A stretch of 63,990 bases of DNA from a virus. Its lineage: Duplodnaviria > Caudoviricetes. This document shows positions 47,850 through 58,830 of this stretch, piece after piece. A model generated the notes under the pieces. That model was not told where the DNA came from. It made no database searches and was given only the letters and a program-made list of their open reading frames with translations. The position numbers and the translations under genes are program-made. The stretch lies in the IMG/VR virus record IMGVR_UViG_3300021960_000068, positions 1 through 63,990 of that record. One strand, given 5' to 3'. Within the stretch, counting starts at the first letter, position 1. The number at the start of each line of letters is the position of its first letter.

Positions 47850-48260
47850 ATGGAATTAAATATACGTCGTCTTCAAGATGACGATTGGGAAACACTATGT
47901 TCTTGGTGGGATGCGTGGCCTGAATGGGTTAATCCACCTAAAGACTTTTTACCTGACAACGGTACTGGTGGGCTTATGGTTTACAAACATAATACACTTA
48001 TTGTTGCAGGATTTATATATTATACTAATTCTAAAGGAGCTTTACTGGAGTGGATAGTATCTAATCCAGAGTATAGAGAAGCTGACAGAAAACAAGCGTT
48101 AGAGCTTCTTATAAAAGGAGCTGAAAACGTTTGTAAAGCTAATGGTATTAAATATATGTTTAGTATAGGTAGATCAAAGCCTTTGATAGAAACACATCGT
48201 AAACTAGATTGGACAATAGATGAAAGTCCTTCTTATGAAATAACTAAAAAAATAAATTAA
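47850..48260 (+). CDS. GNAT-fold acetyltransferase-like protein
   Basis: EWIVSNPEYR...LELLIK; typical position before ejection proteins. Confidence 0.65.
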   Translation: MELNIRRLQDDDWETLCSWWDAWPEWVNPPKDFLPDNGTGGLMVYKHNTLIVAGFIYYTNSKGALLEWIVSNPEYREADRKQALELLIKGAENVCKANGIKYMFSIGRSKPLIETHRKLDWTIDESPSYEITKKIN

Positions 48261-48261
48261 T

Positions 48262-48978
48262 ATGTCAGTAGTATCTGGAGCAATCGCCGCTGGTAAAGCT
48301 AAAAAAGCTGCACGAGCGGCAGGGAGAGAGCAGAAGAAAAACGAGGCTGAGCTAGAAAGTATAAAAAAATCTAGACAGGCTATTATAAATCCTTATGCTA
48401 GCACTAAAGATTTAAGTGATTTATCTAAAGATTTGAGTGGCCAGTTTTCTAATCCATACAACAACTTAGGAGTTGCAACTGCAGCTGCTGAAATACAAAT
48501 GGAACAGTCTGACATTGCTTTAGCAAATACTTTAGATACTATTAGAGCTACAGGTGCTTCTGCTGGTGGCGCTACTGCTCTTGCGCAAGCCGCTCTGCAA
48601 AGTAAAAAGGGTATTGCTGCTAGTATAGAACAACAAGAAGCACAAAACGAAAAACTTAAAGCTCAAGGAGAGCAAGCGTTGCAACAACAAAAAGTATCTG
48701 AACAGCAAAGGCTACAGTCTATTGCTATATCAGAAGGGCAAAGAGTTCAGTCAGCTGAAGCTGCTGGTAAACAGTTTGAATACCAAGCTCAAGAAGCTAG
48801 AACAAATGCAGATCTTGACAGAGCTTCAGGTATGATACAACAAGCTTCTGCTAATAAAGCTTCTGCTAACCAAGCAAGAGCTTCTGCTATATCTGGTATT
48901 GGAACTGGTATAGCTGGAGCTGTAGGAGCGGTTGCTGGCGGCGGCGGGTTTGCTCAAGGTGGAATATTCGGAGGATAA
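48262..48978 (+). CDS. Internal virion / ejection protein
   Basis: A/Q-rich coiled coil with Gly-rich hydrophobic ends. Confidence 0.7.
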   Translation: MSVVSGAIAAGKAKKAARAAGREQKKNEAELESIKKSRQAIINPYASTKDLSDLSKDLSGQFSNPYNNLGVATAAAEIQMEQSDIALANTLDTIRATGASAGGATALAQAALQSKKGIAASIEQQEAQNEKLKAQGEQALQQQKVSEQQRLQSIAISEGQRVQSAEAAGKQFEYQAQEARTNADLDRASGMIQQASANKASANQARASAISGIGTGIAGAVGAVAGGGGFAQGGIFGG

Positions 48979-48994
48979 TAATAAAAATATAAAT

Positions 48995-50584
48995 ATGAGT
49001 TATAGAAATCCACAAATAATCGTTGATCGCTCAGCAGAGATATATGCTCAAGGCGCTGCTAAAACAGGTGCGCTATTTGCTCAAGGCGTTGCAGGTTATT
49101 TTGAAAATAAAAATAAAACAGCAGCGGCTAAAAAAAAGAAAGACGACGCTTATAGACTTGGGTTAAATGGTATTGCTTTGAAAGCTGATGAAAGACTAGC
49201 TGATGCTACAAGCGAAATACAAGGTAGTACTTTATATGGAGATATTCAAGATCAAGCAAGAGCTAAGTTAGACGGTAGTGAGGGGCAGATAGGTATTATA
49301 GAAAAACAAGCTCAACTACGTTTAAATCCTGATTTAAGCAAAGAGCTATCAAAACAATACAGAAAAGATATAGCTGATTATCAAAAATGGGAAACTAATA
49401 TAGTTGACAAAGTAAGTAGTACAATGGCTGACTTAGAACCTATAAAAGATTTAACAGCTACAACTATCGGTGTTCCTGGTAAACAAGATTTTATAGGTGA
49501 AGGCAATGAAAAGTTTTCAAACTTTGCTGTTGCATACGCTTTAGATGGTAAGCAAGTGCCTGGAGTTGAATCAACAAGAGGTGTTGAAGGAGATTTAATT
49601 AAGTTTAATATAAATATAGATCCTAAAAACGAAACTATAAAAAAGTTTATAGAAAGTGGAGCTTTAAATGTTGAAGATTTAAAAGCTACAGAAGATGGTA
49701 AATATCAATTAAACTGGGAAAGAAATTTAAACAATTGGGACGGTGGTTTAATAGCTGACGTTCCAGATTCTATGGATATACAAAGCGCTTTAGAAGAAGG
49801 TGGTTTAATAAAAGACGGTGTTATAACTCAAGAGTTTACAACTGGTATTGACTATGATATAAAACCAATTAAAAATACTGGTTACCAACGTGTAACTGAA
49901 AAAATATTTTTTGATCCTAAACTAATTACAGAAAATCCTACTGTTCAAGCTGAGTTTAAAAAACATGCCGCTGGTTTTCTTGCTCCAGGTTCTTCACTAG
50001 ACGAGCAGATGTTAGGTTTAAGAAATAATTTTAATTACTCAGGAAGTAGACAAGATTGGCAGGATATGACGCCTGAAAAACAAGAAGAATATATTATAAC
50101 TGAATTAGAGGAGCAAGCTGTAGAACAAGCCATGCAAGGAGGCAAAGATTTTAAAGTTCAATTTGACCAAAAATCTGGTAAATATTTTACATACGGTAAA
50201 ACAACAGAGCGTAAAATATCTGATAGCAAAACAACTGATAGCAAATCTAGTAAAGCAGATATTAGTTACATTGAAAAAATAAAAATACCTATACAGTCCG
50301 GTCCACCTTTAGAATCAGGCCAAAGACCTATTGATTTAGACGAGTTAGAAAATGAGTTGAATACAGAAGGCTTTAGAGTTACTAAATCAGAAGAGGTTGG
50401 CCCAAGAGGTGTTAATAAAATTACTATAACTAAATCTATAGGTGGAGCTGATAACCAAGCTGTTATTACAGAGGAAATGACTCCTCAAGATATTAAACGT
50501 CAACTTGAATTAGTTGAAACTGGTAGCATGCCAGTTAAAACAGAAGAAGAAGATTTTAGTCTTTATAAAATACAAAACCAATAA
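48995..50584 (+). CDS. Probable ejection protein
   Basis: Start MSYRNP; lies between the ejection protein and the giant protein. Confidence 0.6.
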   Translation: MSYRNPQIIVDRSAEIYAQGAAKTGALFAQGVAGYFENKNKTAAAKKKKDDAYRLGLNGIALKADERLADATSEIQGSTLYGDIQDQARAKLDGSEGQIGIIEKQAQLRLNPDLSKELSKQYRKDIADYQKWETNIVDKVSSTMADLEPIKDLTATTIGVPGKQDFIGEGNEKFSNFAVAYALDGKQVPGVESTRGVEGDLIKFNINIDPKNETIKKFIESGALNVEDLKATEDGKYQLNWERNLNNWDGGLIADVPDSMDIQSALEEGGLIKDGVITQEFTTGIDYDIKPIKNTGYQRVTEKIFFDPKLITENPTVQAEFKKHAAGFLAPGSSLDEQMLGLRNNFNYSGSRQDWQDMTPEKQEEYIITELEEQAVEQAMQGGKDFKVQFDQKSGKYFTYGKTTERKISDSKTTDSKSSKADISYIEKIKIPIQSGPPLESGQRPIDLDELENELNTEGFRVTKSEEVGPRGVNKITITKSIGGADNQAVITEEMTPQDIKRQLELVETGSMPVKTEEEDFSLYKIQNQ

Positions 50585-50593
50585 AATATAATT

Positions 50594-53500
50594 ATGGCTA
50601 AATACAAGATTGGTACGGATCTATATGATTTACCTGAAGAAAAAGTAGAATCTTTTTTGTCTAAATATCCTGATGCTGTAGAAGTTACAGAAGAAATACA
50701 AACTGACCCTACGGAGGGAAAGACAAACGGTGCTGTGGAAACGGATGCGGCTGTAGCACCAGTAACAACTCCAAGCAGAGCATCCATGATTGTAGATGCT
50801 CAACCAGAGAGTACGGTATCAGACTCGGCAGATACTTCTGGGGAATTACAAGCAAATGATCAAGGTTATTTTAGACAAGAAAGAAAAAAAGGTAGATCAG
50901 CAGATTCTATTAGAAGAGATACATACGAAGAAGGTTCTTTAGCTGCTATAGAATTTGATAAAAAATCTGATGAAAGAAAACAGCAAGCTACGTTAGCAAC
51001 TAAAGAAATACAAACAGCGCAAGAAAATATACCTCAAAAAGATATACAATCGCAGCAAGCAAACATATATTTTGATTTACCAAGTATAGCCCCTAGAAAT
51101 AAAATAGATTATGTCTATCAAGGTGTTTATGGTGGCCAATCTAGAAAGCCTATGTTTGAATCTGATGAAGATTATACTACTTATTTAAAGGATAAGCTAG
51201 GTGATAAGTATGATCAATATTTAGAGTTTAATAAAACAGGTTCTATAACGCCTAATGGTACTCAAGAAAATGAAGACGAATTAAGATCATTACAAGTAGA
51301 TGCTAGAAATCAAATATCTGCTAAAATAAGTAATGACATGTTATATAATGTTCCTGAAGATGTGCAGCGGTACATGACATCAAGTCCTGTTTTTGCCAGT
51401 GGTAATACTCTGGAAGAACAAAAATTTGCTATAGATGAATTAGGAAACAACATAGGTCAGATGAGAGTCAACTATGCTGAAGGAGTTAAAGCTTATAACG
51501 AAAACGCTGTTCCGTTAATAGATCAAATAAAATCTATAGATAACACTATAAAAGATTTAGGTGGAACTAATAAAGGTTTACAATTTTATGAAGCTGGTCA
51601 AGTAGGGGGTTTAGACTCTCCTAAACGTATACAGCAGTATAATGATTTAATAGAACAAAGAAATTCTTTATTAAACCAATATAATGAAGGAGGTTTCAAT
51701 GTTTTATACGATGGTTTAATATCTCAAGAAAGAGTAATAAATCAAGAAGCTAAAAATTATATTAACCTAGTTAATACTAGCAGAAATAAAATAGTAGATT
51801 CTGAATTATTAAAAGAAGCTATATCAAAAGATTACTCCGCGACAGCTAGAGTTGGTAGAGCTTTTGATGAGTTTTTTTTACAGAGCGGTAGAAATGTTTT
51901 AGATCTTAGCGCTGAAATAGGTTTACAAGCTTATAAATTCTCTTTAATGCCTCAATACAGGCCAGCTATAGATGATGTTATAAGCGTTGTTCAGCAGAAC
52001 AATAAAAATTATAACTTAGAAATGGATGCTAAAAGAAAGCAACTTCCAACAGCTCCAACGTTAGACGATATAGGTGAAAATAATATAGGATTTTTTGATT
52101 GGTTTTCTGTAGCCATGCAAGATAACTCTCCGACTATAGCTACGACTTTTATACCAGGTGGTTTAGCAGTTAAAGGTGCTGCTGGTGTTAAAGCAGCTGT
52201 TAAAACTGGAAGCTACGCTGCTAAAAAAGCCGCATTACAAAACCAAAAAAAGCTTTGGTTGGCTGGTAAAAGAACATTACAAACAGCTTTCTTTGTTGCT
52301 GAAACAGGTGGTCAATATGGTAGGCTGCAAACAGAAGAAGGTGATAGAGAAAAACAAATATCTTTATTACAATCTCAACTAAACGAAACTGAAAGTTTAG
52401 AAGATAGAACAAAAATTTATAATAAAATTGAAGAATTAAAATCTGTAGAAGATTATTCTTTATTTCAAAAAGCCTTTACTTCTTTTGGATATGGAACTAC
52501 AGCTACACTAGCCGAAACTTTTGGTACTTTAAAGCTTATACAAGGCGGTAAAGCTTTAGCTAAAAACATAGGTACTCAAGCCGCTAAAAAAGAATTTTAT
52601 TCTAAGCCATCTACATTTGCTGCTGGCATCATAAGCAAAGCAGTTCCTGGTCTAAGCCCTTTGGTTAAAGGTGTTGCTGTAGAAGAAATGGAAGAAACAC
52701 TTACGCAAGTAAGTCACAACATGTTTGACATGTTTGTTTTAGGTGAAGACAAAAATTTAATAGATGGTTTAGATAAAGATTTTTTTGCTAATGTAGCTGT
52801 TACTAGCTTTGGTATTATGTCTCCTAAGACTACCGGCAATGTTGTTAACATTATTAAAAATGAATTTAGAACTAAACAAGAAGTAGTAGATAATCAAAAC
52901 TTAGCTGTAGAATTAATTGAATTAAACGAGGCTATACCTGCTAGTGCAGAAGACGCTAAAGTTATAAGAGAAAGAAAAAGAAACATATTAGAAGAGCTCG
53001 CTTTAAACGACGCTGTCAGTCTTCACAAACTTAGGTACATGACACCTGTTCAAATAGAAGAGGTTGCTGATTTAAATAGACAAAAACGTAAGTTAAAAGA
53101 GCAAATGTTTTCTCTTGGTAGAACAGGTGAAAGATCTAAAGTTCAAGAGCAAAAGCAAGCTGAAATAAACAAAGAGCTTTATGCTATAGAAAGAAAACAA
53201 CAAGAGATTTTAAATTCAAAAGAAAGAGCTAATAGACAAAAAGCTAAACAAGTTTCTGAGGAATTAGGAGATAGCTTTGCTAATGCAGACGCTGCTTACT
53301 GGTATGGTTTTAATGATTTTTATAATGAAATTGCTATGGCCCAAATGGGTGATGGTGATTTTATAAGCGCTACTGCAGAAGTAAATAATGAATTAGGTAT
53401 ACCTGTTTTAGATTATAAAAATTTAGACGAAGAGTTAAAAAAATATAATGAAACTGATAGAGCTGCTATCAAACTTGGTTTACTAGGCGAAATAAATACT

Positions 53501-56500
53501 GAAACAGGTGAGGTAATACAGCCTCCTGTATATGCCATGCAGATTGGTAAAGATATTATAATAAATCAACCTCTTATAGATCAACAAATAGGTTTAGCGC
53601 CTACAAGCGGCGGTGCTAAATACGCTGCTCTGGCTCCTCTTGAAGAACTTTTTCACCTTAATAACAAGGGTAAGAAAATGAAATTCGATGGTGATGCTAA
53701 GCTTGCCGTTGATGAAGCTATTAAAGTATTAGAAAATAAACTAGAGCTAGGCGAAATATCTCAAGAAAACTTTAACGACTTAACTGAAAGGTTTAAACTT
53801 TATAAAGATGGTGAGACATTTGACGTGGAAGAACTCATAGCGCAGATGAACAACGCTGTTGCATTAGGCGATATAAAACTTAGCGATATAGCTAGTACAC
53901 CATCTTTAAAATCTTTTTTAAACGGAGCTATACGTAATGTATTTGGAGATCAAAGCTGGATGCTTAATCTTAAAACATCAGATGATGTGTTTAATTTTAT
54001 TAAAAACTTTCAAGCTGATATTCAAGGAGAGGTAAGTCTTCAACTACCAGACGAAGATGATTCTACTATTAAACAATCTAAAATATACCAAGAAGTAGAA
54101 ACATTTAAAGATGATTTAGTAAATGAACAAACTAAAGATGCTACTGCTTTTTTAATTGCTGATAAACTAGAAAACGAAGTTGATCGTAGATTAAAATTAG
54201 ATGTTGATCCAGAGACCAAAGAAGATATAGTTAGAAACTTTTTGTTCGATGATAAAAGAGGTTTGCTTGGGTTATTACAAAAATACGATCCAGCTAGAAA
54301 CGAAAGTATAATGGGTTACTTAAATTCAACTACGCCTGGCGGTAAATTACTAGACGCTAGACTTATTGAGTTTTATCAAAATGATCCTAGATACAATCAA
54401 ATAATTCAGTCAACTACAGATGAAGCTGTTCAACGTAAAGCCGAAAGAGTAACTTCAGAAGACACCACAGAGACAACTGCTGAAGATGTTACAGATAAAC
54501 CTTTAGCCAAAAAACCTACTGAAACTGTAGTATATAGTGACGAAGTTTTAAGTAGCGTAGGCGCGGCTAACGCTGAAGCGCTAGAAAATAGAATTACAAA
54601 AGAAATACAAAAAGCGTTTAAAGGTCAAGATATCTCTAGGTTTAAAGAGCTAAAAGATATACCAAAAAACATAACACAGTTATACGCTGATATGTTTGGA
54701 CTTTCAACTGTAGACGGTATCGTTGATTTTAAAAGAAACTTTCCTAAGCTAGACGAAGGAGCTGTTAGAAAAATACGTACGTTTTTAAATAGAAATGCTG
54801 AAGATGATTTTCGTAGGTTTCCAAAAACAAAAGGTGACGATAAGAAAGCTACTGGTGTAAAGCAAACTAAGCTAGGTAAAGTTATGTATGATGCTAATGA
54901 TAATTTTATTGGCACATTAAAACAATACAAAGACATACTTCAAGGTAAAAATATAACTCTTCCAGCTTACAATGGTGAGATGATTGAGTTTAATAGGTTA
55001 GATAAAGACGGTAACAAGTTACCATTATATAGAGACTCACAACACTATAAAGCAGCGTTAAAGTTTCATATACAAAATCGTATAGCTGAAGATGTTATGC
55101 CTGATAAAGCTAAGAGATTAAGCGCTGGACTTAAGTTTAGTAAAAAAGCATTGATAGATGTTACTCAGGCTAGAGATATTAACGCGGTAGCAAAATTACT
55201 AGGTATATCTAAAATTACTGTAAATGATAACAATAGAGTTGAAAAACAAAAGCAAATGGAAGAAGCTATAGTAGCTGCTAAAATTCCTAGTTGGATGTTT
55301 GAGGGTTCTAAGTTTGGTAATTTTGCTAGAAGAAAAGTTAACGGTGTTAGAGTAGATTTACCCGCTAGAGGTGGTTTATATTACGGCGGTAAAGATCCAG
55401 CGTATCAAAGAGCTTTAGGTTTAGCAAAACAAAACGATGCTGATTACAATATAAAACCCCCTAAAAGAGTTAATATTAAAAAAGCTTTTACTAAAGAGGG
55501 ACAACAACAAGGTAAAGATAATTTAAAAGCTTTAGAGTTTTTTGGTAATAAATTAGCTGATGCTGTAGCTAAAAATCAAATGCCACTAGAAATAGCTTCA
55601 TTATTTATTTCTTCTGGTTATCAAGCTACAAATGGTATTATAAAAATAGCCGCACCATTTAAATACTTTTCTAAAGTTTTTAAATACGGAACTACACCAA
55701 AACATAGTAAAGGTGAAAAGTTTAGAGAAGAACACAATCCTCCTGCTTCAGTAATTGGAGCCACATTAATATATGGTATAGCAACTAATAATATGAGTAC
55801 TGTAATGCCTAATATTAAAAACAACTATTATCAAACTAAACTTTCTAAAGCTGATGATCAAAAACTAGATGACGCTAAGTTAGATGCTACGTTACCTGTT
55901 GGAACAACTATAGCAGATAACCCTGCTATTAGATTTATTGAAGCTGGTATTGATCTTAATAGTATTGTTAATTACGAAACAGGTCAGACTATAGCAGAAG
56001 AGCTAGGTGTTGCTTTAAAATCTAGTGATGTAAATGTAGATACTGTATTTGAACAGAATAAAATACTAAAAGAAGTATTAAGTGGAGATATAACAGCTAA
56101 AACAGGGCAGGATAGATTAAATGAATTTGCTAAATTAAAATCTATACCTAAAGCTGGTGTTGGTAATAATAACGAAAATAATACTATTAAGTTTAGCAAG
56201 CAAGTACCTAATCAAGAAATACTTGATAACTTAGGTAATGCAGATCAGGCTATGGCTAATGCTAGAAACCCTGAAGCGCCTGTTAAAAAAATACGTGTAT
56301 TTGATTTTGATGATACATTAGCTAAATCAAATAGTCAAGTTCTTTACGAACTTTCCGATGGCACAACAGGTAAATTAAACGCTACTCAATTTGCGGAAAG
56401 ATCTAGCGAACTACAAGAGCAAGGAGCTGAGTTTGATTTTTCAGAGTTTAGTAAGGTTATTGATGGCAAAAAAGGGCCTGTGTTTAAAGCTATAGAAAAC

Positions 56501-58828
56501 ATAGTTAAAGCTAGAGGTGCTGAAGACGTGTTTATACTTACAGCTAGACCTGCTAACGCTGCTGGTCCTATAAAAGAATTTATGGACGCGCTTGGTGTTA
56601 ACTTACCTATAGAAAATATTGTAGGTTTAGGCGATGGTAAGGCGGAAGCTAAAGCACGTTGGATGACGGGTAAAGCTGCTGAAGGTTACAACGACTTTTT
56701 CTTTGTAGATGATGCGTATAAAAATGTTAAAGCAGTTCAAGATGCGTTAGATGTGTTTGATGTTAAATCTAAAACACAACAAGCTAAAATTAAGTTTAGT
56801 AAAGCATCTGATCTTGATAAAGGTTTTAATAACATACTAGAAAACAAAACCGGTATAGCATCTGAAAAAGAATACGGTAGAGTAAAAGCTGAAGTAGCTG
56901 GAGCTGGTAAAGGTAGATTAAATTTCTTTATACCACCGTCAGCTGAAGACTTTACAGGTTTATTATACGCTACGCTTGGTAAAGGCAAACTAGGTGATCA
57001 ACAAATGGCGTGGTATAAGACTCATTTGTTAAACCCATATGCTAGAGCTATGAATGAATTATCATCTGCTCGTATAGCTATGATGAATGATTATAAGTCA
57101 TTAAAGAAACAATTAGAAATAGTACCTAAAGACTTACGTAAGAAAGTTCCAGGCGAACCGTTTACGCGTGAGCAAGCTGTACGTGTGTACATATGGAATA
57201 AACAAGGTATGGATATACCTGGAATAAGTAAAAAAGATCAAGCTGATCTTAGTAAGTATGTAATTGACAACGCTGAGCTACAGGTATTTGCTGATAGACT
57301 TATCGCTATACAAAAAGGTGATCAGTACGCTGGGCCTAAAGAAGGTTGGCCAGCTGGTACAATAACCACTGACATGCTTGAAGGTCTTAACACTACAAAA
57401 CGAACTAAGTACTTAGAGCAATGGCAGCAAAATGCAGATGTTATATTTTCTGAAAAGAACCTAAACAAACTTGAAGCTGCTTATGGTAAACCATATCGTA
57501 AAGCTTTAGAGAATATGCTACAACGTATGAAGTCTGGTCGTAATAGAAACTTCCAAGGCGATACGTTAACAGGTAGAGTTACTGATTGGCTTACAGGTAG
57601 TATTGGTACAATAATGTTCTTCAACACAAGATCAGCAATACTTCAAACTATATCTAGTATTAACTTTGTTAACTTCACTGATAACAATATACTAGCTGCG
57701 GGTAAAGCTTTTGCAAATCAAAAACAATACTGGTCTGACTTTATGACGCTTATGAACTCTGACTTCTTAAAAGAACGTCGTGGTGGTTTACGCATCAACG
57801 TTAACGAAGCTGATATTGCAGACATGGCAAAAAGAGGTGGAGCTAGAGGTGTTATAAATAAACTACTTGAGTTTGGTTTTACACCTACACAGATAGCAGA
57901 TAGCTTTGCTATCGCCTCTGGTGGCGCTACGTTTTATCGTAATAGAATAAAGTCTTTGAAAAAACAAGGTATGACAGATGCTGAGGCTGAAGCTCAAGCG
58001 TTTGTAGATTTTAGAGAGACAGCAGAAGAGTCACAACAGTCGTCAAGACCTGATAGAATATCAATGCAACAAGCCGGTCAATTAGGACGTCTTGTATTGG
58101 CTTTTGCTAACACGCCAGCTCAGTATGCTAGACTTATAAAGAAAGCTGCTAGCGATCTTAAGAATGGCAGAGGTGATGCTAAGACTAATATAAGTAAGAT
58201 TATATACTACGGTGTTGCGCAAAACTTATTGTTTAATGCTTTACAACAAGCTTTGTTTGCGTTTGCTTTTGATGATGATGAAGAAGATACAGACGAGCAG
58301 CAAAAGAAATATGTTAGCATAGCTAACGGTATGATGGACTCACTTCTAAGAGGTATGGGGTTAGGCGGCGCTGTAGTTTCAGTAGGTAAAAATGCTATTA
58401 TACGTATTATAAACGAGATGGAAAAGAAACAACCTAAGCTTGAGAAAGTAGGTTATGAACTTACTAAACTATCTCCACCTATATCTGCTAAGCTATCACG
58501 TGTAAACCAAGCCGCGAGGTCTTACCAATGGGATAAAAAAGAAATGATGGAAAAAGGCTGGAGCTTAGATAACCCAGCTTACTTAGCAGGTGCTAATGTT
58601 ATAGCAGCACTTACCAACATACCGCTTGATAGAGCTGTAAAGAAAACTAATAACGTAGTACAAGCTACATCACAAGATTTAGAAACTTGGGAACGCTTAG
58701 CGTTACTAGGTGGTTGGCAAGACTGGGAAATCGGTATTGACGAGGAAAAACCTAGTAACAAACCGCAACCTAGAAAAACAAAACCAAGATCTAGAAAAAC
58801 TAAAAAACGTAAAACCACAACAAGATAA
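50594..58828 (+). CDS. Giant multidomain (polyvalent) internal virion protein, 2744 aa
   Basis: HAD motifs VFDFDDTL/ILTARP/FVDD, EEHNPP motif, degenerate zincin LEELFH, sigma-r2-like segment, C-terminal ETAEESQQSSRP helical region. Confidence 0.75.
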   Translation: MAKYKIGTDLYDLPEEKVESFLSKYPDAVEVTEEIQTDPTEGKTNGAVETDAAVAPVTTPSRASMIVDAQPESTVSDSADTSGELQANDQGYFRQERKKGRSADSIRRDTYEEGSLAAIEFDKKSDERKQQATLATKEIQTAQENIPQKDIQSQQANIYFDLPSIAPRNKIDYVYQGVYGGQSRKPMFESDEDYTTYLKDKLGDKYDQYLEFNKTGSITPNGTQENEDELRSLQVDARNQISAKISNDMLYNVPEDVQRYMTSSPVFASGNTLEEQKFAIDELGNNIGQMRVNYAEGVKAYNENAVPLIDQIKSIDNTIKDLGGTNKGLQFYEAGQVGGLDSPKRIQQYNDLIEQRNSLLNQYNEGGFNVLYDGLISQERVINQEAKNYINLVNTSRNKIVDSELLKEAISKDYSATARVGRAFDEFFLQSGRNVLDLSAEIGLQAYKFSLMPQYRPAIDDVISVVQQNNKNYNLEMDAKRKQLPTAPTLDDIGENNIGFFDWFSVAMQDNSPTIATTFIPGGLAVKGAAGVKAAVKTGSYAAKKAALQNQKKLWLAGKRTLQTAFFVAETGGQYGRLQTEEGDREKQISLLQSQLNETESLEDRTKIYNKIEELKSVEDYSLFQKAFTSFGYGTTATLAETFGTLKLIQGGKALAKNIGTQAAKKEFYSKPSTFAAGIISKAVPGLSPLVKGVAVEEMEETLTQVSHNMFDMFVLGEDKNLIDGLDKDFFANVAVTSFGIMSPKTTGNVVNIIKNEFRTKQEVVDNQNLAVELIELNEAIPASAEDAKVIRERKRNILEELALNDAVSLHKLRYMTPVQIEEVADLNRQKRKLKEQMFSLGRTGERSKVQEQKQAEINKELYAIERKQQEILNSKERANRQKAKQVSEELGDSFANADAAYWYGFNDFYNEIAMAQMGDGDFISATAEVNNELGIPVLDYKNLDEELKKYNETDRAAIKLGLLGEINTETGEVIQPPVYAMQIGKDIIINQPLIDQQIGLAPTSGGAKYAALAPLEELFHLNNKGKKMKFDGDAKLAVDEAIKVLENKLELGEISQENFNDLTERFKLYKDGETFDVEELIAQMNNAVALGDIKLSDIASTPSLKSFLNGAIRNVFGDQSWMLNLKTSDDVFNFIKNFQADIQGEVSLQLPDEDDSTIKQSKIYQEVETFKDDLVNEQTKDATAFLIADKLENEVDRRLKLDVDPETKEDIVRNFLFDDKRGLLGLLQKYDPARNESIMGYLNSTTPGGKLLDARLIEFYQNDPRYNQIIQSTTDEAVQRKAERVTSEDTTETTAEDVTDKPLAKKPTETVVYSDEVLSSVGAANAEALENRITKEIQKAFKGQDISRFKELKDIPKNITQLYADMFGLSTVDGIVDFKRNFPKLDEGAVRKIRTFLNRNAEDDFRRFPKTKGDDKKATGVKQTKLGKVMYDANDNFIGTLKQYKDILQGKNITLPAYNGEMIEFNRLDKDGNKLPLYRDSQHYKAALKFHIQNRIAEDVMPDKAKRLSAGLKFSKKALIDVTQARDINAVAKLLGISKITVNDNNRVEKQKQMEEAIVAAKIPSWMFEGSKFGNFARRKVNGVRVDLPARGGLYYGGKDPAYQRALGLAKQNDADYNIKPPKRVNIKKAFTKEGQQQGKDNLKALEFFGNKLADAVAKNQMPLEIASLFISSGYQATNGIIKIAAPFKYFSKVFKYGTTPKHSKGEKFREEHNPPASVIGATLIYGIATNNMSTVMPNIKNNYYQTKLSKADDQKLDDAKLDATLPVGTTIADNPAIRFIEAGIDLNSIVNYETGQTIAEELGVALKSSDVNVDTVFEQNKILKEVLSGDITAKTGQDRLNEFAKLKSIPKAGVGNNNENNTIKFSKQVPNQEILDNLGNADQAMANARNPEAPVKKIRVFDFDDTLAKSNSQVLYELSDGTTGKLNATQFAERSSELQEQGAEFDFSEFSKVIDGKKGPVFKAIENIVKARGAEDVFILTARPANAAGPIKEFMDALGVNLPIENIVGLGDGKAEAKARWMTGKAAEGYNDFFFVDDAYKNVKAVQDALDVFDVKSKTQQAKIKFSKASDLDKGFNNILENKTGIASEKEYGRVKAEVAGAGKGRLNFFIPPSAEDFTGLLYATLGKGKLGDQQMAWYKTHLLNPYARAMNELSSARIAMMNDYKSLKKQLEIVPKDLRKKVPGEPFTREQAVRVYIWNKQGMDIPGISKKDQADLSKYVIDNAELQVFADRLIAIQKGDQYAGPKEGWPAGTITTDMLEGLNTTKRTKYLEQWQQNADVIFSEKNLNKLEAAYGKPYRKALENMLQRMKSGRNRNFQGDTLTGRVTDWLTGSIGTIMFFNTRSAILQTISSINFVNFTDNNILAAGKAFANQKQYWSDFMTLMNSDFLKERRGGLRINVNEADIADMAKRGGARGVINKLLEFGFTPTQIADSFAIASGGATFYRNRIKSLKKQGMTDAEAEAQAFVDFRETAEESQQSSRPDRISMQQAGQLGRLVLAFANTPAQYARLIKKAASDLKNGRGDAKTNISKIIYYGVAQNLLFNALQQALFAFAFDDDEEDTDEQQKKYVSIANGMMDSLLRGMGLGGAVVSVGKNAIIRIINEMEKKQPKLEKVGYELTKLSPPISAKLSRVNQAARSYQWDKKEMMEKGWSLDNPAYLAGANVIAALTNIPLDRAVKKTNNVVQATSQDLETWERLALLGGWQDWEIGIDEEKPSNKPQPRKTKPRSRKTKKRKTTTR

Positions 58829-58830
58829 TT

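Noticed and set aside
15827-58818. Numerous short antisense or out-of-frame ORFs inside plus-strand genes, and their equivalents in the minus arm
   Set aside because: Shadows of long coding frames, with no leaders or recognisable motifs
50594-58828. crAss-type virion RNA polymerase
   Set aside because: No DxDGD or DFDID triad: KFDGD and MGDGD lack the first Asp, and DFDDT belongs to a full HAD motif set
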